A stretch of DNA of 64,000 nucleotides from the human T2T-CHM13v2.0 reference genome, Homo sapiens: assembly GCF_009914755.1 (NCBI RefSeq), contig NC_060925.1. One strand, written 5' to 3'. Positions 49,147-64,000 of this stretch are shown here, piece by piece (positions within the stretch are counted from its first letter, which is position 1; every line of letters begins with the position of its first letter). The position numbers and the translations under genes are program-made. Below the pieces are notes generated by a model. It saw only the letters and a program-made list of their open reading frames with translations, did no database searches and was not told the origin of the DNA.

Positions 49147-50561
49147 TGTGTCCGGAATTGGTGGGTTCTTGGTCTCACTGATTTCAAGAATGAAGCTGCA
49201 AACCCTCGCAGTGAGTGTTACAGTTCTTAAAGGCGGCATGTCCGGAGTTTGTTCCTTCTGATATTCGGATGTGTTCGGAGTTTCTTCCTTCTGGTGGGTT
49301 CGTGGTCTCGCTGGTTCAGGAGTGAAGCTGCAGACCTTCGCAGTGAGTGTTACAGCTTTTAAGGCGGCATGTCTGGAGTTGTTTGTTCCTCCTGGTGGGT
49401 TCGTGGTCTCGCTGGCTTCAGGAGTGAAGCTGCAGATCTTCGCAGTGAGTGTTACATCTCATAAAGGCAGTGTGGACCCAAAGAGTGAGCAGCAGCAAGA
49501 TTTATTGCAAAGAGCGAAAGAACAAAGCTTCCACAGCATGGAAGGCAACCAGAGCGAGTTGCTACTGCTGGCTCAGGCAGCCTGCTTTTATTCCCTTATC
49601 TGGCCCCACCCATATCCTGCTGATTGGTCCATTTTACAGAGAGCTGATTGGTCTTACAGAGAGCTGATTGGTCCATTTTACAGGGTGCTAATTGGTGCAT
49701 TTAGAATCCCTGAGCTAGACACAAAAGTTCTCCATGTCCCCACTAGATTAGCTAGGTACAGAGTGTCAACACAAAAGTTCTCCAAGTCCCCACCAGAGTA
49801 GCTAGATAGAGAGTGTCAATTGGTGCATTCACAAACCCTGAGCTAGACCCAGGGTGCTGATTGGTGTGTTTACAAACCTTGAGCTAGATACAGAGTGCCG
49901 ATTGGTGTATTTACAATCCCTTAGCTAGACATAAAGGTTCTCCAAGTCCCCACCAGACTCAGGAGTCCAGCTGGCTTCACCCAGTGGATCCCGCAGTGGG
50001 GCCGCAGGTGGAGCTGCCTGCCAGTCCCGCGCCATGCACCCGCACTCAGCCCTTGGGTGGCTGATGGGACTGGGCGCCCTTGGAGCAGGGGGTGGTGCTC
50101 CTCAGAGAGGCTCCAGCCGCGCAGGAGCCCATGGAGTTGGGGAGAGGCTCAGGCATGGCGGGCTGCAGGTCCTGAGCCCTGCCCAGCGGGAAGGCAGCTA
50201 AGGCCCGGGGAGAAATTGAGCACAGCAGCTGCTGGCCCAGGTGCTAAGCCCCTCACTGCCCAGGCCGGCGGGGCCAGCCAGCCACTCCAAATGCGGGGCC
50301 CACTGAGCCCACACCCACCCGGAACGCGTGCTGGCCCGCAAGCACCACGCGCAGCCCTGGTTCCCACCTGCGCCTCTCCCTCCACACCTCCCCGCAAGCT
50401 GAGGGAGCCGGCTCCGGCCTTGGCCAGCCCAGAAAGGGGCTCCCACAGTGCAGCAGCGGGCTTAAGGGCTCCTGAAGCGTGGCTAGAGTGGGTGCCAAGG
50501 CTGAGGAAGCGCCGAGAGCGAGCGAGGGCTGTGAGGGCTGCCAGCACACTGTCACCTCTCA
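49147..50561 (-). mobile_element. LTR12C (ERV9) solo LTR
   Basis: Minus strand begins TGAGAGGTGACAGTGTGCTGGCAG and ends CCAATTCCGGACACA. Has a GC-rich U3, tandem CCAAT repeats and a 4-bp TSD C(C/T)GA. Confidence 0.95.
49585..49905 (-). promoter_or_regulatory. LTR12C core promoter/enhancer: CCAAT array, GC/GT box, GATA and AATAAAAG TATA-like box
   Basis: Minus strand GGACCAATCAGCAGGATATGGGTGGGGCCAGATAAGGGAATAAAAG, with at least six further CCAAT upstream. Confidence 0.75.
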
Positions 50562-51088
50562 CCGAGGCTGCACAGAGAAGCAGGACCATGGATCCTACCC
50601 AGGAAACTATTTTTCCCTCCTAGGTCTCCAGGCCTGTAATGGGAGGGCCTGCCTTGAAGGTCTCTAAAATGCTCTGGAGACATTTTCCCCATTGTTTTGG
50701 CTAGTAACATTTGGCTTCTCTTTACTTATGCAAATTTCTGCAGCTGAAGGCTTGAATTTCTCCCCAGAAAATGGGTTTTTCTTTTCTATGGCATGGTCAG
50801 GCTGCAAGTTTTCCAAACTTTTATGCTCTACTTCCCTTTTAAACATAAGTTCCAATTTCAGATCACCTTTTTGTGAACACAGATGACTGCACACTTTCAG
50901 AAAAAGCCAGGTCATACCTTGAACACCTTGCTTCTTAGACATTTCTTCCACCAGATACCCTAAATCATCTCTCTCAAGTTCGAAGTTCCACAGATCTCTT
51001 GGGCAGGGGCAAATGCCAACAGTCTCTTTGCTAAAGCCTAGCAAGAATGACCTTTGCTCCACCTCCCCATAAGTTCCTCATCATTAAG

Positions 51089-51971
51089 TTCTACAGAAGC
51101 ATTTGATGATTATCAAAAGAGGCAAGTTATGGTTTCTGCATTTAGTCATGAATAGACTATTTTTAAGCTTTTGTCACCAGTAGTGGGCCATGACTGCAAG
51201 TTGTCCAGGTTCTTGGTGTTTTGAACAAAGAATTGGACAAAATGCCGAGCAAAGCAAAGAAAGAATGAAGCAACAAAAGAATGAAAGCAGGGGTTTATTG
51301 AAAACAAAAGTACACTCCACACTGTGGGAGTGGACCCAAGCAGTGGCTTGAGGGCCCAGATACCGAATCTTCTTGGGTCCAAATACCCCCTAGAAGTTTC
51401 CCATTGGCCACTTCATGCTCGCTTCACGTAAATGAAGTGGTGGCCCGCAATCAGTCTGATTGGTTGCAGAAAGCAGCCAACCAGAGGCTGGAGTGAAGTA
51501 ACAAAGGTCACACTCCTGTGCAAACATCTGATTGGTTGCAATCAGAGGCTAGGGTGAAGTTACAAAGTTGCAAATGAAGACTCTACCAGCAATCAGTCTG
51601 ATTTGTTACAGACAGCCAATTTCCCATCTGCTAGGCAGAAAAGGTCAAAGGGAGGGGTTTCCTTTCTATTTAGTTTTAGGAAGTCGGTATGAAACAACCT
51701 TAGGTTCCTTGCCTCCAGGCACTATTCTCCTGCCTCACTTTTATTTTGAAAGAATCGCAAAGTTCCAGAAAATTTGCAAGAATTATAAAGAGAACTTCTC
51801 TATATCCCTTACTTAAGTTTACTAATTTAAACCTGTTTTATCATTCCCTCTACATATATATATCTTATCTATATTCATATTATTGTTTATTTTTTCTGAA
51901 CCATTTCAGAGTAGGTTGCATGCATCATGCCCTTTTATGCCCTAATACTTCAGTATCTATTTGCAAGGATA
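51089..51971 (-). repeat. Inverted duplication copy A (interrupted by MER51A)
   Basis: After removing 51172-51737, the reverse complement aligns to 58125-58423. Confidence 0.9.
51172..51737 (-). mobile_element. MER51A-like ERV1 solo LTR
   Basis: Minus strand TGAGGCAGGAGAATAG...GGTGACA with perfect 4-bp TSD CTTT. Confidence 0.88.
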
Positions 51972-52046
51972 GTCAGACAAGCAAGTAAAAATAAATTTTA
52001 AAAACCACTTAGAATCATACATTCAAAGACAATACTTAACTGATTA

Positions 52047-52372
<326 letters not shown>

Positions 52373-52737
52373 ATGGATCAGACAGAATGTGATGGGAATG
52401 GAAAACAGGCATCCACACAGAATACAATATACATATAATTGAAGTCTCCTGAAGAAGATAAATGAAACAATGGAACAAATCCAGAGCAACATACAAAGCT
52501 ATTTGAAGCTTCAAAAAAAGATACAACTCCCTACCAGAATAAATCCAGCTCTCTTTAAGGAAAGACAACAAAATCTGGCACTCAACAAAAAAAATTCACA
52601 ATTTTCAATATCCAATTAAAAATTACTAAACATGCACAGAAGCAGAAAAATGTGATCCATAAGCAAAGAAAAATTGGTCCACTTGCAACAGACCCAGAAA
52701 GTATGGAATTAGTAGCTAAATCCTTTAAAATATGTTG

Positions 52738-53020
52738 TTTTTTTTTTTGAGACAGAGTCTTGCTCTGCCACCCAGGATGGAGTGCAGTGGCACTATCTCG
52801 GCTCACTGCAACCTCTGTCTCTGGGTTCAAGCGATTCTCCTGCCTCAGCCTCTCCAGTAGCTGGGATTACAGGTGTCACACCAAGCTAATTTTTTGTATT
52901 TTTAGTAGAGATGGGGTTTCACCGTGTTAGCCAGGCTGGTCTCGAACTCCTGACCTCATGATCCGCCTGCCTCAGCCTCCCAAAGTGCTAGGATTACAGG
53001 CGTGAGCCACTGCACCTGGC
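52738..53020 (-). mobile_element. AluSg-like
   Basis: TSD TAAAATAT. Confidence 0.9.
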
Positions 53021-53241
53021 CTAAAATATCTTTTATAAATATGCTGAAGGATGTAAAGGAAAATGTAGGCGCAATGAGTTGAGAAATGGAAGATATAAAA
53101 AGAAAAAGCCAAATGGAAATTTCAGAGCTGAAAAAGACAGTATCTGAAATGAAACATTTCACTGCATAGAATTATTAGCATGTTAAACATTATAAAAGTA
53201 AAGATCATGAACCTGAATATATAGCAACAGAAATGCCTTTA

Positions 53242-53860
<619 letters not shown>

Positions 53861-54405
53861 ATATTTTTTAGAAAGCTTTCAAGCAGAAGCATTCAAGAGG
53901 GAAAAAGACTGAAAAGAAAAAAAGTGACCTGTGGGACAGTACCAAGTTGTTTAATATATTTGTAATTGGAATTATCAGTATAAACTGATGATTTCCTAGC
54001 TCTGTCAGTTGAAAGGAACTAGAAATAATGACACTCAGTTGGAACCAGCACACAGTATCAATTAATAGATTTTGGTTTCCCAGATACCTTTGCCCACTAA
54101 AAGGATGCAGGGTCCTTGAAGAAATGACTAATCCCAGGTTTGGGGCACAGAAGAAATGACTAATTCCAGGCACAGATGAGCATGGAGCATCTTGGGCCAG
54201 AAAGTAATAAAGTGTTCAAACAAAAAAAATTATGGCTCCCATTCCAGTCTATCCATGAATATACACAGAAGTCAGCTCAAAGGGGCTCTCATCATCCAAG
54301 TCTGGGAAAATTTGAGCATCACAATAAATAAGGATGGTAATAATATATAATGTATTAAGTTCAGTTAAATCCATGAGTCTATACTAATGATTAAGTAAAT
54401 AAAAG

Positions 54406-54713
54406 GGCCAGGCACGGTGGCTCACGCCTGTCATCCCAACACTTTGGGAGGCTGAGGCGGGTAGATCACTTGAGGTCAGGAGTTTGAGAGCAGCCTGGCC
54501 AACGTGGTGAAACCATATCTCTACTAAAAATACAAAAATTAGCCGGGTGTGGTGGCATGTGTCTGTAATCCCAGCTACTCCGGAGGGTGAGGCAGGAGAA
54601 TCACTTGAACCCGGGAGGCGGAGGTTTCAGTGAGCCAAGATTGCACCACTGCACTCCAGCCTGGGCAATGGAGCAAAACTCTGTCTCAAAAATAAATAAA
54701 TAAATATATAAAA
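54406..54713 (+). mobile_element. AluSz-like
   Basis: Full dimer. Confidence 0.9.
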
Positions 54714-55176
54714 GAAGGCCTGTACTTAAAATTCTAATTGTTAATTTGGAGTGAGTGGTGGGGCTGGATAGATTCCATTCTGGTTTGGGCAAGAATTGTC
54801 AACGAATGATACGTCTACTTTGATGAGGTCTTAAAGTGTCTTCCACTTAGTTGCACAGTGGAAAATAGTAACTATACAGTGCAGAAACAAGACAATATCT
54901 TGACTAGGTCATCAAAATTAATATTACTAACCAAGGGCCAATTTATATCATGTGTCTCCCAAGTGTGATATCCTGAGAAGGACACTACTTATGTGGTATT
55001 TGGGGCAGAGAATGCATAACCTGAATTTGAATCTAATCATGAGGAAACATTAGACAAACATGAAGTGAAGAACATCCTATAAAATAACTGAAATATATTC
55101 TTCAAAAATGTCAATGTCATGAAAGACAAAGGCTGAGGAACTGTTCCACATTAAAGAAGAATAAAGAGACATAACA

Positions 55177-57316
<2,140 letters not shown>

Positions 57317-57381
57317 AGACATGACAACTAAATGCAGTATGTCATGCTGAACTGGATCCTATACTAAAGGGGAGGAAAATA

Positions 57382-57701
57382 CAATTGGCTCTCTCTATTG
57401 GTAGGTTTCCCATTTGTGGATTAAACCAACTATGGATTGAAAATATTTTGGAAAAATAACTAAAATACAACAATAAAAATAATAGAAAAATTTAAAAATA
57501 CAGCATAACAACTATTTATATAGCATTTACATTATAATAGGTATTATACATAACCTAGAAATTATTTAAAGTGTACAGGAGGAGGTGCATAAATTATATG
57601 CAAATACTATGCCATTTTATATAAGGAACTTGAGCATCCATGGATTTTGGTTTCTGCAGAGGTCCTGGAGCCAATCCCCTGTGGATACCAAGGGATGACT
57701 A
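57382..57701. mobile_element. MER2 (TcMar-Tigger) MITE
   Basis: ...gagcatccatggattttggt...ccaatcccctgtggataccaagggatgacta, flanked by TA. Confidence 0.82.
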
Positions 57702-57749
57702 TACTATAAAGACATACAGACATTTGATGAAAATGGAATGTGGACTTCT

Positions 57750-58052
<303 letters not shown>

Positions 58053-58124
58053 TAGGACTTCCGATTTGATAAAAGTATTGTAATTTCCTGATTTTAACAA
58101 GTGTACCATGGTTATATAAAAGAA

Positions 58125-58423
58125 TATCCTTGCAAATAGACACTGAAGCACTAAAAGGTAAAGGGGCATGATGCATGAGATCTAGTCTCAAATGGTTCAG
58201 AAAACAAACAATAATATGAATATAGATAAGATATAGATATGTAGAGAGAATGATAAAACAAGTTTAAATTAGTTAACTTAGGTAAAGGATATAGAGAAAT
58301 TCTCTTTATTATTCTTGCAAATTTTCTGGAACTTGGTAATTATTTCAAAATAAAAGGATAAAAATAGTCTATTCATGACTAAATATTTGCCTCTTTTGGT
58401 GATCATTAAATGCTTCTATAGAA
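58125..58423 (+). repeat. Inverted duplication copy B (L1MC 3' end plus flank)
   Basis: Shares exact blocks with copy A, e.g. 26 nt at 58359-58384 equal the reverse complement of 51140-51165. Confidence 0.9.
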
Positions 58424-58912
58424 TGTTGGGTCTGGTGACCATATCACCTAACCTTAGTCTTGTCTTGATATAGCAAGAAATCAAAATTCTTGGTGTTCAG
58501 GTTGGTGAATCCTGGAACAACTGATTTCTTTCTCCTACAGTCTATTTCAAATCTTATGGTTTAAATTAACTGAGACAAGAGCAAAGCAAAAAATAAATTT
58601 CCTGATGAATTTCAAATCAAACACGACTAACTCCATTTGAATGCTAAGAAGCCATATGTCATTTGGCACAATATGGTTGTAAATAGCTGTAGACCATTCC
58701 TCTGTATATTATTGTAAGTTGTTTCCAATTTTTTGCTCACCACAAGCAAAAAATTTTTCCTTTTCAAATTCCCCATATTAATTTTCCTTTCTCTATAACC
58801 AAGTGAAATGTCTTTCTCTACATTTTTCAAATCAATTTATAAAATGCTTGTATATATTATAGAGGGCATAGCATCAAAGCATACAGATAAAGTCAAATCC
58901 ACCACTCTTCTA

Positions 58913-58949
58913 GAGACTCTTCTCCATACATTAGCTGGAGAAGAGTCTC
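58913..58949. repeat. Perfect 14-bp inverted repeat with 9-nt spacer
   Basis: GAGACTCTTCTCCA-tacattagc-TGGAGAAGAGTCTC. Confidence 0.95.
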
Positions 58950-59469
58950 CAGCATCACCATGACCATTTTATGTGAACATAATAGAAGGATGTAGTTTGC
59001 ATGTTTGAATGCATGAATCTGCAACTTCCTTTGCCACTGGACCTTTGAATGACCCTCTTCTTTCTTGCTGGCAGAATAATTTGGACTCCTCAGATCTTTA
59101 AATGCTTGCATAGCATCTATAACAACTCTTTTCTCTTGGTCAGATTTTGCTAATGCATGGTCCTATGGTTTGAATATTTGTCTCCTCCAAAACTGATGTT
59201 GAAACTAACTTTAAAGGTGGGTCCCACTTAATGCTCAGCAAAAACTCACTAAGACACATGACATTCCCAGAAGCCAAAAGAAGATATCTTTTGCAGATAA
59301 TGGCCTCTAAATATATTTTTGAGCTCTTGACTCTTAAATGAGTCAGTGTAATTATGTAAAGGGGGCTTTCACAATAGTAATGCCAAAATTAAAGTAAATA
59401 TTATTAGTACTAAATTTTAGGAATCACCAGCAATGACCTAGGAAAGATTAAGAAAATGATTAATCACAT

Positions 59470-59728
59470 TAGCTGGGCACTTAGCTCATGCCTGTAATCC
59501 TAGCATTTTGGGAGGCTGAGGCAGGAGGATTGCTTGAGCCCAAGAGTTCAAGCCCAGCCTGATCAACATGGCAAGACCCCATAGCCAGGTGTGGTGGCAT
59601 GCACTTGTGGTCCCAGCTACTTGGGAGGCTGAGGTGGGAGGATTACTTGAGCTCAGGAGTTTGAGCTGTCACTGTGACACTGCACTGCAGGCTGTGTGAA
59701 AGAGTAAGAACTTGTCTCTAAAAAAAAG
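59470..59728 (+). mobile_element. AluJ lacking the A-rich linker
   Basis: Alu arms joined at agaccccatagccagg. Confidence 0.85.
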
Positions 59729-60757
59729 TTAATAGAGTTAATAGCATTGGATGCTTTCTTCATTGGGTTTCCAACAAAGTCCATTCTTTTGCAGTAGCTG
59801 GAGCTCTGGATCACTTCTTTTCTATTCTTGCAGTCATACAGTGCCTGAAACAGCCTCAATGAAAATTAAATTCTTTTTTGTACTAAATGAATTTCAACCA
59901 GAGTTCAAAATAAAGATGCAAACAAAGGAACAGGAAAATTAATACCAATGATCTGATTGTAGTTAACAATATAAAAATGATGAGAACTTCGTTGCTATAG
60001 AGAAAAGACTTACTTCTTCAGGTGTTTAAAATGAAAATTTTAAAAAGAGTTTTCTTGGCCACTTATGTTGCATACATTTCAGAAAATCAATTTTTTAAAT
60101 TGGATTTTGAAAAATATTTTCTAACCAAAATATTTCAACTCTTTAGGAATATTTGTGACATTGAGATCTGTATGACATTTCCCATACTCTCCAATAAGTT
60201 ATGTTTCATGGATACTTCAAGCATTTCATAGGAAAGTGGAAATATAAAGTTTTCTCAAATGGTTCTTAACTAACCCATGAGTAACAGTGTAACAGTGAAA
60301 TGATTCCATTTTAGAAATATTTTATAAAAATAATCTGTATAAAAATTAAATTATGTATAAATATAATGTCATTTTATATTAAGTACTGTTTTATATTAAG
60401 TAAATTTTAAACAGAAAGAGAAAGACCAACTTCATCAAACAAAATTGTTTTCTGACATGCTAAGCATCCTTATGTTTAACTTATGTGAAGAAGCAAATAA
60501 AATAGCATTACAGTTTCAGAGATAATATTAATATCCTAATGCTATAATTTTGAGGGTTTGCTAGGTAGGACATAAAGCAATTAATTATAATTTAACTTTC
60601 ACCCTTAAGTGTAATTATCAAATAGATCTGGAATCAAAGGTGGGATAGTCATTGTTTTGACAAATATAAATATAATTATTTTTATAATTCCATTCTTGCG
60701 GGTCTACTTGCTAATGGACATTAGCTTTGAATATATATCAAATGTTTTTAAAAATTT

Positions 60758-62370
60758 TATTCACTCATTCTTTCATTTATTTCACACATTTTTTTAGTGC
60801 CTACGATGTGTGAGACACTGTTCTAGTCACTGGGGACACAATGGTGAACAAAACAGAAAAATAATCCTCACTTACATGAAGCATTCAGTGAGAAAAACAG
60901 CTAATAACAAAAGTAAGTTAGAGCATATTAGAAAATGATAATGGCTAGCAAGAAAAATGAAGCAATGAAAATGAATAATAGTTAGGAAGATTGAACACTC
61001 TTAAACAGAGTTAAGAACCGTCTGTTAAATAGAGTGACCAGGGAAGGCTCCAATGGGAAGATGACTTCTGAATAGAGATCAAAGCCAGTGAGGAGCTTGC
61101 CATACAGGTGTGTGTGGGTGAAGCATCCCAGGCAGAGGGAAGGCCAGATACCAAAGACTGCTCTTTGGTACAGTCATACCTGGTGATTCAAGGGACAATG
61201 AGAAGGCCAATGTAGCTACAGTCAACAAAACAAGGGAGAGACTTCAAGAACTCAGGTCATAGAGGTAAGTAACAAGCAGCCAGGCCACATAGGATTTTGT
61301 GGCTATTAGAAGGAAGTTTGGCTTTTACTCTGAATGAGATGAAAAGTCATTGGAGGGTTTTCAACAGAGGAGTGACATGATCTGACTTACATTTTAACAG
61401 GAACACTGGTTGCTCGGTTGAGAATACACTGTAGGTAACATGGGCAGACAAGGGGAACATATCTACAAGCCTACTCTAATAATTTGGGCAAAAGACAGTG
61501 GTGGACTGGACCATGGCAGTACCAATGAGATTGGTGAGAAGTGGCCCAATTATTTTGAAGATGGAAATGACAGCATTTGCTAACAAATCAGCTGTGGGGT
61601 GAGACAGAAACAGATGGAAGGAGGTGAAAGGGAGAGAGAGAGAGAGAGAAAGAGAACTACAAGTCAGAATACACCAAGGGCTTTTGTTTGTTTATTCGTT
61701 TTACCTGAGTAACTAGATGAATGGAGTTACTATTAACTGAGATTGAGAAGACTGCTGGAGATATGTTTGAGGAGGGTGGTTATCAAGAGATCAGTTTCAG
61801 ACTTGAAAAATTTGAAATGTATATTATCGATCTAAATGTTGAAGTCAAGCAAACAATTGCATATACAGGTCTGAAATTTAGGGGAGAGGTCCAGGCTACA
61901 GATATAAACTTGAGCACTGTCTTCCTCCATTTTGTGCAGTCATAACAGAATACCGCAGACTGGGTAATTTATAAAGAAAATAAATTTATTTTGCTCAAGG
62001 TTTTGGAGGCTGTGACATCCAAGATCAAGGAACCACATCTGGTGAGGATCTTCTTGCTGAGTCACAACATAGCAGAAGCCATCACATGACAAGGAAGCAT
62101 GCAAGAGAGAGCAAGCCATTGAACTCACAGCCTCAAGTCCTTTTATAATTAGCATTAATCCATTCATGAGAGTGGAGCTCTTATGACTTAACCACCTCTC
62201 ACTGGGCCCCACCTCCCAACACTGTTGCATTGGGGATTAAATTTCCAACACCTGCTTTCTGGAGGGTACATCCAAACCACAGCAGGAGTCATCTGGATAT
62301 AGATGGTATTTTAGGTTATGAGAGTTGATAAGAAACCAAGTGAGAGTATAGACCACAGAAAACAAAGAGG
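60758..62370 (-). mobile_element. L2a remnant
   Basis: 3' end attcactcattctttcatt...gtgcctacgatgtgtgagacactgttctag; body gagtgacatgatctgactt. Confidence 0.82.
61918..62284 (-). mobile_element. MST (MSTC/D-like) MaLR LTR inserted in L2
   Basis: tgtcttcctccattttgtgcag...actgggtaatttataaag...ccaaaccacagca. Confidence 0.82.
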
Positions 62371-62419
62371 TGGACACATGATGGGTCCACTTCCAGCAAC
62401 TTTCTCCCCAGGATCAGAG

Positions 62420-64000
62420 GGTGCAGCCTGAATGTGAGTACAAAGATTCTCTTTCTGGCTTAGTACAGGAATAGTGGGAGATAAACATCTTTGCTCAACT
62501 TCACCATGAAGATAGAAGGAACTGCAACACACATCCAACAAGCTAAGCTTTTCAGCTATGTCTAAAGAGTCTTGCTCCTACCATACTATTCATGAGGGTA
62601 CTGACAGGACATAACACATTCTAAGCTCCAGTGGGCCACAAAAAGGAGACATAGCAGTCTGTTTTTGAGATTGGAGAAGGACCTTAAAATCTCTGGCAGG
62701 ATACATTGTTGAGATCTTTCTCCTGTATGAGACCAGTCTGACGAGACTGGGAGAGGTGGTTGTCTTATCTGATGTACATAAATCACCACAGACAGTGAAG
62801 GAAAATGAAGACATAGGAAAATATATTTAAAATAAAAGAACAAGGTCAATTTCTAGAAACTGATATGAGTGAAGTGGAGATATGTGATTTACCCAACAGA
62901 GAATTCAAAATGATGGTCGTAAAGTTGCTAACCAAGGTCAGGAGAACAATGTAAGAACAAACTGAGAATGTCAATAAAAAGAAAGTTTAAAAACTACCAA
63001 ATATAAATTATAAAGCAAAAGAATAACATAACTAAACTAAAACATTCAATAGAGGGATTCAACAGCAGACTAGATAAACCAGAAGAAAGGATCAGTGTAC
63101 TCAAAGACAGATCTCCGGAAATCATACAATCTGAGAAGAAAAAATAAAAGAGAATGAAAAAGAATGGGGATAATTTGATACACTTATGGAACACCATCAC
63201 ATGTAACAACTTATGCATTATCAGTGTACAAGAAGGAGAAAAGAGAAAGATACAAAAAATATATATATAAAAAAATAATGGCAGAAAACTTCCCAAGCCT
63301 AGGGAATGAAATAGAAATCCAGATTTACAAAGCCCAAAGGATATTGAATAATAAGATGAACTAAAGAGACCCATGAAACACATCATAATCAAATTGTCCA
63401 ATGTTAAAGACAGAGAGAGTTCTGAAAGCCAACAAAGGAAAAACAAACTGTTACATACATGGGAACCACCATAAAGTTATAAGTAGATTTTTCAGCAGAA
63501 ACTCTGCAGACCAGAAGGGAGTGGAATGATATAGTCAAAATTCCAGTCAACGTGAGAAAGCCAATTTTTAAAATCCTGAAATAAAACAATTGTCAGCCAA
63601 GGATATTATACTCCACAACACTGTCTTTCATAAATGAAGAGGCGGTAAGGATTTTCTAAGACAAACAAAAGTAGTTTATCACCACTATACCTGCCTTATA
63701 AGAAATGCTAAAAGGAGTTCTTCAAGCTGAAGAAAAAAATGCTGATTAGTAACATGAAAACACATGAGAATATAAAATTCACTGGTAAAAGTAAATATAT
63801 TGTCAAATTCAAAACACTCTAATACTCTAACAATAAACCAATTATATATATAGTGTAAAGGTTAAAAGGCAAAATCACTATAACAACTAGAGCTACGATA
63901 ACTTCTTAAGAATAAATATTATTTTTAAAATGTAAATTTTGACATCAGCTCACATTTTATGTGGGAGGAGGGGGAGTAGAAGCGTAGAGTTTGTTGTATG
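62420..64000 (+). mobile_element. Old L1M 5' region and degenerate ORF1
   Basis: ORF1 remnant gattttcagcagaaactctgcagaccagaagggagtggaatgat (DFSAETLQTRREWND) and coiled-coil remnants. Confidence 0.85.

Larger units (their letters stand above)
47997..51082 (-). mobile_element. THE1 internal region, 5'-truncated, hosting an AluS (~48500-48798) and LTR12C
   Basis: MaLR internal sequence (catgccttcccaacagtccc...; degenerate ORF RDLWNFELERDDLGYLVEEMSK at 50664-51062). It stops abruptly at aagttcctcatc. Confidence 0.9.

Noticed and set aside
49190-49960. Regular tandem repeats resembling a CRISPR-like array
   Set aside because: These are the intrinsic U3/U5 tandem repeats of LTR12; there are no unique spacers and the context is eukaryotic.
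49271-51062. ORFs of 130-190 aa in the LTR nest
   Set aside because: Chance frames in LTR12C and a fragment of the degenerate MaLR internal ORF; not an intact gene.
59164-59210. Short MST-like LTR start as the missing THE1 5' LTR
   Set aside because: Only ~45 bp, resembles MST rather than THE1, and has no adjoining internal sequence.

Overview
Primate, almost certainly human, genomic DNA from the EGLN1 (PHD2, HIF prolyl hydroxylase 2) locus. The only supportable protein-coding sequence is EGLN1 coding exon 1 on the minus strand (41111..40221, 297 codons: MYND zinc finger, Ala/Pro linker, start of the 2OG-Fe(II) dioxygenase domain), which lies in a CpG-island promoter with a HIF site and GC boxes. 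Positions 1-40220 are the repeat-rich first intron; exon 2 was not seen. Positions 42-64 kb are upstream DNA containing a nest of LTR elements (THE1, LTR12C, MER51A, all pointing toward EGLN1) and L1 remnants. The other ORFs in the track are Alu, LTR, L1 or GC-rich shadow frames. The most notable structures are: (1) an old ~300-bp inverted duplication (51089-51971 vs 58125-58423) that coincides with truncation of the THE1 element and predates a MER51A insertion; (2) an intact LTR12C promoter in the EGLN1 orientation ~8 kb upstream; (3) three short uORFs in the EGLN1 leader; (4) a paired inverted HRE inside an intronic MER58A. I found no convincing novel multi-gene system. Repeat family calls were made by eye, and boundaries are approximate unless a target-site duplication (TSD) is quoted.
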